NCBI GenBank assembly: GCA_046583355.1
Contig: JAYGCM010000063.1
Location: forward strand, 69,103 to 133,102
Direction: 5' to 3'
DNA from: Deltaproteobacteria bacterium
Lineage (GTDB): Bacteria > Desulfobacterota > Binatia > UBA12015
Length of the DNA stretch: 64,000 bases
Under the pieces are notes generated by a model. That model was not told the DNA's origin, did no database searches, and saw nothing but the letters and a program-made list of their open reading frames with translations. The number at the start of each line of letters is the position of its first letter. Within the stretch, counting starts at the first letter, position 1. Shown here piece by piece: positions 1 to 7,484 of the stretch. The position numbers and the translations under genes are program-made.

Positions 1-426
1 CGAAAACGGAGCCTGCTCTTTGGCGGAGCCTTGCTGATTTTGATCGGGCTTTTTGCCGGCGTGGCCGTGCCGGCCATGGCGACAGCCCGCCTGGGCCTCG
101 CCGCGCACCTGGCCGGGGTACAAGGCGGGCTTCTCGTCATGGTGGTGGCCTTTGCCTGGCCGCATTTGGCTCTGGATGAACGAGCAGAGCGGATCGCCTT
201 TGGCGCCACTCTCTTTTCCAACTATGGGCTCTACGGGGCGCTTCAACTGGCCGCCGTTTTCGGCACCAGTCGCGCGACGCCGATTGCCGGTGCCGGCAGC
301 TCGGGCAGCCTCTGGCAGGAGGCGCTGGTGGAGGGCCTGCTCTATATCGGCGCCATCTCTGCGATCGTGGCACTCGGGCTCATCGTCTGGGGTCTACGGC
401 CGGGCACGAAGCCACAGGCCGCCTGA
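1..426 (+). CDS. Styrene-oxide-isomerase (StyC)-like 4-TM membrane protein, 5'-truncated by window edge
   Basis: Frame open from base 1; hydrophobic helices with GLAAHLAG and LAAVFGT...PIAGAG...WQE segments resembling StyC-like proteins. Confidence 0.6.
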   Translation, partial: RKRSLLFGGALLILIGLFAGVAVPAMATARLGLAAHLAGVQGGLLVMVVAFAWPHLALDERAERIAFGATLFSNYGLYGALQLAAVFGTSRATPIAGAGSSGSLWQEALVEGLLYIGAISAIVALGLIVWGLRPGTKPQAA

Positions 427-430
427 CCAG

Positions 431-497
431 GCTTCGGGACGGCCCGAAAGGCCCCCCTGCCCTCGGCAAGGGAAGCCACCTGCCAGAGTTGCCGAGG
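431..497 (+). terminator. Two GC-rich hairpins after the stop codon (possible terminator)
   Basis: TTCGGG/CCCGAA at 433-448 and CCTCGGCAA/TTGCCGAGG at 461-469/489-497; no clear U-tract. Confidence 0.35.
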
Positions 498-720
498 ACA
501 TATCTTCCGAGCCTGCTGTGAATCCGGGCCGACTGCAGTGCCTATTTGCTCTCCTATCTCGATTTGGACAGGCCCTCTCCGAGCAGACCCCGGCCGGAGA
601 ATTCGTATGCAGTGCGTCGTTATGGCCTGCATGACAATGACAGCCTGCGCGAAGCTTGCTCTGTTCATTCTTCCCGAAACCGCACCGTCGCCCGACGGAG
701 CCTCAATCAGGAGAGAGAAT

Positions 721-1197
721 ATGCTCGCCAGCCTTAGCGGGGGAATCCCCGTCAGCTATCACGTTCACCTCGGCAACGCCGCGTTCTTCCTGGCCCCCGG
801 CATGCCGAACCAATATTTCGACCTGGTTGCCAAGGCCGCTGTCGAAGACCGCGGCTCCTGGGCCTGGCTGACCGCGTGGCCCGAACCGTGCGGCGAGAAA
901 GGTCCCACCCCTCGCTACGAAGCTCTCCATGCCGAGCTCGTCCGCGAAACCGCCGACTTCGTCTGTTTTGACGCCGACCGTATCGAGAAATCCGACCACG
1001 ACGAATTCGCTCACATCCAGGTGGGCCTGGTCGTGCTCGGCATGCGCGCCGAAGAAGCCATCGCACTCGCACGCCGCTTCCGCCAACACGAAATATTGGT
1101 CGGCAACTACGGCAATCCGCCCATCCTGATCTCTTGCACTGCCAAGAAGGCCGGCCGCGCCGAGCGCCGCCGCCAGAAACTGCGAGTCGTGCCATAG
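721..1197 (+). CDS. DUF3293-family protein (divergent paralog)
   Basis: AGGAG RBS before ATG 721; WAWLTAWP and GLVVLG...EAIALARRFRQ motifs; similar to 2630-3076. Confidence 0.7.
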   Translation: MLASLSGGIPVSYHVHLGNAAFFLAPGMPNQYFDLVAKAAVEDRGSWAWLTAWPEPCGEKGPTPRYEALHAELVRETADFVCFDADRIEKSDHDEFAHIQVGLVVLGMRAEEAIALARRFRQHEILVGNYGNPPILISCTAKKAGRAERRRQKLRVVP

Positions 1198-1495
1198 GAG
1201 TCCAGCCGGAAAGTCAGGCGTGACCCGATGCGACGGCGCGGCGGCCTTCCGTCGGACGCAATCCGTGACAGAATCGCGAGTGCGCAACGCACGTCGTCAC
1301 CTTGCCCTGAAAATTCGTCGGTGAGTGGTGATATTTCAAGGTATGATCAGGCGGCAGGCTCGGGGAGCCGGCCCAGGAGATAACAAAATCGTGAACCGGC
1401 AACGCACGCCACCGGCTGCAGGCGTATTGCTGCAGGAGCCGAAGGATAGCATCGACGGCGAACGATGAGACGGCTTACCCGCTCCAGGCAGATGT

Positions 1496-1648
1496 ATGAA
1501 AAACGAATTCGAAGAAGAAGAACAGTACATCATGATGGAGGATTGGAGCAAAAGCGGCGGATGCCTTCTGGTAGTCGTTCTCCTCGCCAGCCTCCTCGCT
1601 GCCGGCGTTGTTGCGCTGGCCATGGTCGAGGCGGGAGCCGCCGGGTGA
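1496..1648 (+). CDS. 50-aa single-TM microprotein (MKNEFEEEEQYIMMEDWSKSGGCLLVVVLLASLLAAGVVALAMVEAGAAG)
   Basis: Manually translated, below the ORF-track cutoff; acidic N-terminus plus about 20-aa hydrophobic helix; weak RBS. Confidence 0.5.
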   Translation: MKNEFEEEEQYIMMEDWSKSGGCLLVVVLLASLLAAGVVALAMVEAGAAG

Positions 1649-1848
1649 GCCGCTCTCCTCCGTAATCCAAGGCCCGTCTACCCGCGGTGTCGAGTGGTCA
1701 CGACACGGTCGCGGCCGTGCATTTCGGGGACTCGTGATCATCCAGCGGTCGACCAAGGATCCGCCGGCCCCAATCCCTCGAGCGGCAGCGCGAATCTCTC
1801 TTCCTCCCGCGCCGCGATTGCCCTGCTGTCTCCGTCCGTCCCTCAGCC

Positions 1849-1880
1849 GGACAACCCTTGTCTACGCACCGCTCTATGTT
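1849..1880 (+). promoter_or_regulatory. Putative WYL-activator binding site plus -10 element
   Basis: GACAA-ccc-TTGTC palindrome (1850-1862); TGTCTA (1859-1864)-N10-TATGTT (1875-1880). Confidence 0.55.
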
Positions 1881-1928
1881 GTTCGCGAACGGGTCGGATG
1901 GACCACGTTGGACGAGGGAGGAAGAACC

Positions 1929-2144
1929 ATGTTCGCAAGGCTGCGAGAGAAGCTGATGGGTGCGGAGACCATCCCGAGATTCGTCTGGGAGCTTCCGAGG
2001 GCGGATCTCGTCCGGCGATGGGGACAGCAAGGAATGGTGCCCTCTTGTTCGCACTCGGAACTGGAGGCACTCGCCGCGGTCTGGCTCCCTCAAGAGCGTC
2101 ATCTGGCGCGTTGGCGCGAGCCTGGAGTGACAACAACCGCTTGA
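1929..2144 (+). CDS. 71-aa hypothetical protein (MFARLREKLMG...)
   Basis: Strong GGAGG RBS 7 nt before ATG; lies downstream of the candidate promoter. Confidence 0.65.
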   Translation: MFARLREKLMGAETIPRFVWELPRADLVRRWGQQGMVPSCSHSELEALAAVWLPQERHLARWREPGVTTTA

Positions 2145-2208
2145 TAGTCAAGGATAATATATTATGAACTCCGAGAACCATCCCCGCGGGAAATCCCTCT
2201 TGATCAGC

Positions 2209-2388
2209 ATGGGCCACCCGCGTTTGCCCAGTACCGCGACGCTAGCCTGTCTTGTCATCTCCGGACTCTGTTGCACACTCAGCGCCTGCGGCATCTGTAG
2301 CGATACGATCGATTGTTACAGCTACGACGGCGGGGAAACGCGCTGCTACGACAACCGCTGCGATACAGCAGCCGAAAGCGAGGGCTGA
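2209..2388 (+). CDS. Small Cys-rich putative lipoprotein (alternative start 2164)
   Basis: Hydrophobic signal plus LSA/C lipobox; mature part CGICSDTIDC...C...C. Confidence 0.5.
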   Translation: MGHPRLPSTATLACLVISGLCCTLSACGICSDTIDCYSYDGGETRCYDNRCDTAAESEG

Positions 2389-2409
2389 GTAATGGCACGA
2401 CGTAGTGAA

Positions 2410-2544
2410 ATGGATCGCATTGTTCGCGAGCACGATATGTCGGCGCTCGTGGTACTGGGCGCTCTCATCCTGATGGGGCTCTGGCCGGTGGCGCTCTTGT
2501 TCGTGTTCTTCGGGTTCATCGCGTCTATGCTCGACCCGGACTGA
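2410..2544 (+). CDS. 44-aa membrane microprotein (MDRIVREHDMSALVVLGALILMGLWPVALLFVFFGFIASMLDPD)
   Basis: Manually translated; about 30 consecutive hydrophobic residues; converges on the DUF3293 gene. Confidence 0.5.
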   Translation: MDRIVREHDMSALVVLGALILMGLWPVALLFVFFGFIASMLDPD

Positions 2545-2629
2545 CCAGGCCCGGCTCGCACTGGTCTGCGACCGAATTGCACAGGCGGAATTTCGGCTTC
2601 AAGAATGCCCGTGCGCAAGCTCGCCCGCC

Positions 2630-3076
2630 TCAGCACCAGACCAACTCCGCCGCCATGCCGCGCGTACCCACCACTACCGCCAGCTGCCCAAACCGCCGCC
2701 CGACCTCCACGGCCTCCGCCCGACCAATTCCGAGCACCAGCAAGCTCTGCTCTGCAGGATGGTCGCTTCCCTCCTCCGCCAGCCCCGCTCCCTCATGGCA
2801 GCGAAACCCGGCACACGCGCGCCGCAGTTCCTCGCCGCGGGCCAGATTCTCGGGCGTGCGCCCGGCCACTCCGCCCTGTGGGTTCCAGCCCGTGAGGAAG
2901 GCCCAAGTAGTAGCGGCGGTCTCCTCCAGTAGGAAATCAAGCGCGGCATTGCGCCGGCCGATGCGGATGTCGATTTCTCTCGCCGCCAGCGACACCCGGT
3001 AGGTCGTTGCCGCAAACGCAGCCGCAAGCGCCGGGTCGGCGGGGTGCGCGGGAGCCCTCTCCCTGCCGCCCGCCAT
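2630..3076 (-). CDS. DUF3293-family protein
   Basis: AFLTGWNP...EN...EQSLLVLGI...A...GRRFGQ.AVV signature; starts 9 nt after the WYL stop. Confidence 0.85.
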   Translation of the reverse strand: MAGGRERAPAHPADPALAAAFAATTYRVSLAAREIDIRIGRRNAALDFLLEETAATTWAFLTGWNPQGGVAGRTPENLARGEELRRACAGFRCHEGAGLAEEGSDHPAEQSLLVLGIGRAEAVEVGRRFGQLAVVVGTRGMAAELVWC

Positions 3077-3085
3077 CAGCGTCGC

Positions 3086-4153
3086 CTACTCATAGAGCGC
3101 CGCCGCGCCGCGCACCTTCTCCGCCACATATTCCCGCACGGCCGGCGGCCCGACCACCTCGATGTCGGCACCCCAAGTAAGAATCCACCAGGCCAGTTCG
3201 TGCCAGCCACGGGTCTTGAGTTCGAGACGCACCACGCCACGAACTCGCCGCGGCGACTCGCGCCAGAGGTGGCGCAGCCGCTCAGGAACCTGGCGGGCAG
3301 CATCGCCGGTGAGGCGCAATGAAATTTCGACCTCCTCGCCCATCCAGATGCCGAAGCCCTCGCGGCTCAGAGCGTGCGGGTTGTAGTCTTTGGGGATGCG
3401 GAATTTTCGCCCGGTTTTGGCGATGCCATCAACCCGCTCCACGGCGAGGTAGATCGGCTCCTGGTGGCGATCGGATACGCCCAGCACGTAGATGGCATCG
3501 CGATAGAGCACGAGGCTGTAGGGCTTGAAGACATGGATAGACGCCTCGCCGTCGGCGCGGCGGTACTCCACACGAATCTCGCGGCGGTAAAGCACCGACA
3601 CGAAGAGTTCGTCGAGCACCTCGTTGTGGTTTGTATAATCCTTCGGCGCGAACGGAACGTAGACGAAGCGGCGCTCGATCTCGGCCAACGCATCGCGCGT
3701 CCTTTGCGGTAGCTTCTTGCGCGTCGCCTGCCAGAGGGCATCGCCACTCTCCCCGATATCGGTGCCGCGCAAAGAGCCCAGCGCAGCAACCGCCAGAAAC
3801 ATGGTCGCGGCGTGGTGGGCGGGGCCGTCCACGCCCACCTCGGCCGCACGGACCTTCAGAATCACGCGGCGGCCGTGTCGCTCCTGTACCACGATCGGCT
3901 GGTGGTCGGAGCCGAAAACGTTTTTAGTGAGAATCTCCGTGTAGCGGTTGACGGTCTTCGCGCTGACGCCCAACTCCTCGGCAAGTTCTGATTTAACTCG
4001 GCCATGCGGTGCACGCAGCAGGGCCAGGAGCAGCTCCATGCAGCGAATGGTCGCGCCGTAGGTGGGTGTGCGCGAGGTCAATGCCTCGTCGGATTTCGGC
4101 TTGCGTGTCGATTTCGGTGACGAGCGCCGCTTTTTCGGTGTGTCTGCGGACAT
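3086..4153 (-). CDS. HTH-WYL-WCX transcriptional regulator (YafY/PafBC/DriD class)
   Basis: N-terminal wHTH (ELAEELGVSAKTVNRY); WYL core (EYRR...KPYSLV...IYVLG...AVERV); WCX tail (WILTWGADIEVVGP..VRE). Confidence 0.92.
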   Translation of the reverse strand: MSADTPKKRRSSPKSTRKPKSDEALTSRTPTYGATIRCMELLLALLRAPHGRVKSELAEELGVSAKTVNRYTEILTKNVFGSDHQPIVVQERHGRRVILKVRAAEVGVDGPAHHAATMFLAVAALGSLRGTDIGESGDALWQATRKKLPQRTRDALAEIERRFVYVPFAPKDYTNHNEVLDELFVSVLYRREIRVEYRRADGEASIHVFKPYSLVLYRDAIYVLGVSDRHQEPIYLAVERVDGIAKTGRKFRIPKDYNPHALSREGFGIWMGEEVEISLRLTGDAARQVPERLRHLWRESPRRVRGVVRLELKTRGWHELAWWILTWGADIEVVGPPAVREYVAEKVRGAAALYE

Positions 4154-4215
4154 CTTGCGAAATTCTCAGGTTCTACCGCTGTAGACAAACGAAACTCCGT
4201 TCTGGAAACTACACG

Positions 4216-4782
4216 TCACGAGCGGAATTGGATACGGTCACCGATGGCGTCATGCACGCGCTGCCTTGCGGGGCCATCGAGGCGGAGCGTCTCGGCGATG
4301 AAGGGCCCGAAAAAGCGCCACCCGAACACCTGCGCGAGGTCGGCCGCGGCGCGTTCGGGGTCGCTGCCCTGGCCGAGTCGTTGCAGCGCGGATGCGTGCG
4401 ATTGCTGGGTGCGACCGTCGCCGAGCAGGAGCGCCCAGGCGAGGAGGCGGAGGTAGGTTCCCTGGGCCTCGGTCTCGCCGAGAATACTCTGCAGCAGCCT
4501 GCCCGGATCTCGCTCATCACCGAGGCGTGCCTCCCAGCGCGCCTCGTAGCGTGCGATGAGCTGCTCCAGCAATGCTTCGCGGTTGCCGAAATGCCGGCCG
4601 ACCAGGCTGTAGGTGATGCCGGCCTCGCGGGCGATTTCGCGCAACGAGGTCTGCGCCGGACCGTGCTCGGCGATGCAGCGCTCGGCCGCGTCGAGGACGG
4701 CTTCCACGATCTCATCGCGTCCAACAGGCTTTTTCGATGAGCGGGAACTCCTTTCGCGCAGGGCCTTGACCTCTGTGTCCAT
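4216..4782 (-). CDS. TetR/AcrR family regulator
   Basis: AAERCIAEHG...SLREIAREAGITYSLVGRHFGNREAL HTH; ATG at 4782 (MDTEVK). Confidence 0.9.
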   Translation of the reverse strand: MDTEVKALRERSSRSSKKPVGRDEIVEAVLDAAERCIAEHGPAQTSLREIAREAGITYSLVGRHFGNREALLEQLIARYEARWEARLGDERDPGRLLQSILGETEAQGTYLRLLAWALLLGDGRTQQSHASALQRLGQGSDPERAAADLAQVFGWRFFGPFIAETLRLDGPARQRVHDAIGDRIQFRS

Positions 4783-4822
4783 TGGCCACACTCTATCACA
4801 ATGCTTCGTGGCCAATGGCCAC
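4775..4822. promoter_or_regulatory. Tandem palindromic operators, probably for the adjacent TetR
   Basis: GTGTCCATTGGCCAC (4775-4789) and GTGGCCAATGGCCAC (4808-4822) between divergent tetR and LLM genes. Confidence 0.7.
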
Positions 4823-4866
4823 ACCATGCCGGAATCGACCGATCCCCGAAAAGACGAGGTGCTCGA

Positions 4867-6012
4867 ATGCGATTTTCCCTGATTTACGAATGCCAGACCC
4901 AGGATGCGAGTCGTGCGGGCGACCACCGCGTCTTTGCCGAGGTTGTCGAGCAATGCCTGCTTGCCGAGGAGGTGGGCTTCGACGTCATCTGGGCGGTCGA
5001 GCATACGGCGCTGACGAAATACGCTCATATGAGCGCGCCCGAGACCTTCCTGGCCTATATCGCCGGCCGCACCACGCGCATCCATATCGGCCATGGCGTG
5101 GTCTGCCTGCCGCCGCAGATGAACCATCCCGTGAAGGTCGCCGAGCGCATCGCAACCCTCGACATCCTCTCCGGTGGGCGATTGCATTTCGGCATGGGCA
5201 AGGGCGGTACGCAGCAGGAGGCGGGGACCTTCGGCTACGACCTGACTGATCTCATGCCGATGATCGAGGAATCAATGCGGCTGATCCCGCGCTTCTTCGT
5301 GGAGGACAAGGTCGAGCACCACGGTCGTTTCATCGATATCCCCGAGCGGTCGATCCACCCCAAACCTTTTCAGGACCCGCACCCGCCCCTCTACCAGGCG
5401 TGCACGAAGACCGAGACGCTGGCCGACGCCGGTGCGCGTGGCATTGGTGCGCTGGTGCTCGGCTTCGGCGGGCCCGAGGAGGTCGCTGCCAAAAACAAGG
5501 TCTACAGAAAGGCCTTTGCCGAGCGGAAACCCGAAAACCAGATCGGCTACCGCCCGCTCGAGCATCTCGCCGCGCTCTGTCCCGCTATGGTCCTCACCGA
5601 CGGCGCAGAGGCGCGCCGCATCGGGATTCGCGGCCAACGTTTTTTCATGGAAGCGATCTCCCATTGGAGCAGCGACGGTCAGGTTCCCCTGCCCGACCCG
5701 GACTCCTGGGACGAAGATACAAGCGTTCTCGCCGACGGGCGAACGGTGATCACCGCGAAGATCGGCTCTGAGGAGGTCAAGATCGATTTCTCCGACCCGA
5801 ATATGGCGATGCTGAATCCCAACCACGCCTACGGCACTGTGGAGGATTGCATCGCCTACGTCCGCCGCCTGGCCGAAGCGGGCGCTGACGAGATTCTCTT
5901 CCTCTGCCAGATGGGCACGGTGCCGCAATGGGCGCAGCTCGAAACGATCCGCAACATCGGCGAGCACGTGATCCCCTGTTTCCGGGACAGCGAGGCGGCC
6001 CGACAGCCTTAG
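4867..6012 (+). CDS. LLM class flavin-dependent oxidoreductase
   Basis: AEEVGFDVIWAVEH and HPVKVAERIATLDILSGGR motifs; GAGG RBS before ATG 4867. Confidence 0.92.
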   Translation: MRFSLIYECQTQDASRAGDHRVFAEVVEQCLLAEEVGFDVIWAVEHTALTKYAHMSAPETFLAYIAGRTTRIHIGHGVVCLPPQMNHPVKVAERIATLDILSGGRLHFGMGKGGTQQEAGTFGYDLTDLMPMIEESMRLIPRFFVEDKVEHHGRFIDIPERSIHPKPFQDPHPPLYQACTKTETLADAGARGIGALVLGFGGPEEVAAKNKVYRKAFAERKPENQIGYRPLEHLAALCPAMVLTDGAEARRIGIRGQRFFMEAISHWSSDGQVPLPDPDSWDEDTSVLADGRTVITAKIGSEEVKIDFSDPNMAMLNPNHAYGTVEDCIAYVRRLAEAGADEILFLCQMGTVPQWAQLETIRNIGEHVIPCFRDSEAARQP

Positions 6013-6186
6013 CCCCGCGGGTCCTGCAGCCCGAGCCAACGATCCCGCTCGAAATAACCTGCATGACAATGTGTTCCAAACGTTCAGTTGCAAAGCTTGC
6101 GCCATGGCTTCAGCGCGCAGAGCTCCCTCCGCACAACCCGCTGCGCGCCAGCGCAAGACGGCAACGGCGACGTGCGTAGCGATGCC

Positions 6187-6288
6187 AGATCCGGCATAAT
6201 GAGCGTTCATTATCGACGTGGTTCGGCGCAGGCCGTAGAGGCAGAACAGGACCATGCGCGGCGAAAACAGGGAGGGCAACGTGGCTGA
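6187..6288 (+). pseudogene. 3' remnant of a RelE/HigB (Gp49-like) toxin gene
   Basis: RSGI / IIDVVRRR / EAEQDHARR read across two frames; TGA overlaps the antitoxin GTG (GTGGCTGA). Confidence 0.5.
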
Positions 6289-6685
6289 GCGGGGAAAAAT
6301 CAAAACAAGTTCCGGCAACGTCTTTGCGGATCTGGGCCTCCCGGAGGCCGAAGATCGCCTTGCCAAAGTCAACCTCGCGTACGAAATCAGCTGCATCCTG
6401 GAGCGGCTCGGCTGGACGCAGCGCCAGGCCGCCGAGATCCTTGGCATCGACCAACCCAAGGTCTCTGCGCTGATCAACGGTCGACTTGCAGGTTTCTCGA
6501 CAGACCGCCTCTTGCGATTTGTGGTGGCACCTCAAACCAGAATGTCCGGGCACCGTCCGCTTCGGCGTGCCGCAGCTGCAGCGGCACACCGGCAAGCCCC
6601 TGGATATGCGCCAACTCCGCCGCAGTCAGCCGCCTCGGGTCCAGGTCGGCATCGCGACTCGCCCGGTCGCGCAGCAGAACGATAA
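6281..6685 (+). pseudogene. HigA-like XRE/HTH antitoxin; family-like sequence ends at about 6520
   Basis: GGAGG RBS; SSGNVFADLG...TQRQAAEILGIDQPKVSAL...GFSTDRLLRF, followed by a low-complexity run-on tail. Confidence 0.75.
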
Positions 6686-6882
6686 TTCCGGGAATTCGGC
6701 GCCCGTGCATCATGGTTTGCTCTGGAGGATCCACCGCGCGGGCCTCTGCCACGACGGGGCTCCAACAGAGCAGAGCCAGGAGAGAGAAGAACCTCCGGAT
6801 CCAAGCCCGGGTCCATACGAAAAGCGCGGTCGATGACGGCTCATCTGCCGTAGCGAATCCGGGATTGCTTCGTCAGTCAACC

Positions 6883-6909
6883 GGGTCCGGGCAGAGGCTG
6901 TCCGGACCC
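6883..6909. repeat. Strong intergenic hairpin
   Basis: GGGTCCGGGCAG-agg-CTGTCCGGACCC. Confidence 0.6.
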
Positions 6910-7038
6910 CGACAAGCGCAACCGCGGCCAAGGCCGAGGAGCCGATCCAGAACGCCGAATCCCAGGGGCCTCGGTCTGCCGGTTTGACATGCAGGCGCGA
7001 TCGCGCGACGGACTACCCAACTTTGAAGGAGTCGTTTC

Positions 7039-7419
7039 ATGGAAGCCGTTGCAATAGTTACCGTTCTGGCGTTGTTGGAATATTTTGCTTTTTCCCTGCA
7101 GGTGGGCAAGGCGCGTGGGGAGTACAAGATCGATGCGCCGGCCACTACCGGGCATCCGATCTTTGAGCGCACGCTCCGGGTGCAGCAGAATACGCTGGAA
7201 CAGCTTGTCCTCTTTCTTCCCGGACTCTGGCTCTTCGCCACCTATGTGAATGCGGAGATTGCCGCGGTTCTCGGCCTGGTCTTCATTGTCGGCCGCGCTC
7301 TCTATGCGCGCGCCTATGTCGCCGAGCCCGGCAGCAGGACCATCGGCTTTGTACTCGGCCTTGCGGCCGAGGGCATTTTGCTGATCGGCGCGCTGGTCGG
7401 CGCCATCCTGAGCTACTGA
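7039..7419 (+). CDS. MAPEG family membrane protein
   Basis: VGKARGEYKIDAPA...FERTLRVQQNTLEQ...GRALYARAY; AAGGAG RBS. Confidence 0.92.
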   Translation: MEAVAIVTVLALLEYFAFSLQVGKARGEYKIDAPATTGHPIFERTLRVQQNTLEQLVLFLPGLWLFATYVNAEIAAVLGLVFIVGRALYARAYVAEPGSRTIGFVLGLAAEGILLIGALVGAILSY

Positions 7420-7484
7420 ACGTGTCCCACGGCTTCCGCCCGACGCAGGTGGCGGACGGACTGCATGCTGATAGAAGTAGCTGC

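Noticed and set aside
645..660. Sigma54 promoter (CTGCGCGAAGCTTGCT)
   Set aside because: The invariant GG at -24 is absent
2386..2544. Selenocysteine read-through: the TGA at 2386-2388 is in frame with the 2410-2544 ORF, and the genome has selAB
   Set aside because: No redox-motif context and no convincing SECIS-like hairpin after the TGA; in-frame adjacency has a 1-in-3 chance
1198..2629. Integron cassette array or CRISPR-like array explaining the small ORFs
   Set aside because: No recurring attC-like or direct repeats seen between the ORFs; no integrase or cas genes
6196..6213. Fur-box-like palindrome ATAATGA-gcgt-TCATTAT
   Set aside because: Spacer is one base longer than a Fur box and it lies inside the apparent toxin remnant; it could still be an operator but cannot be assigned
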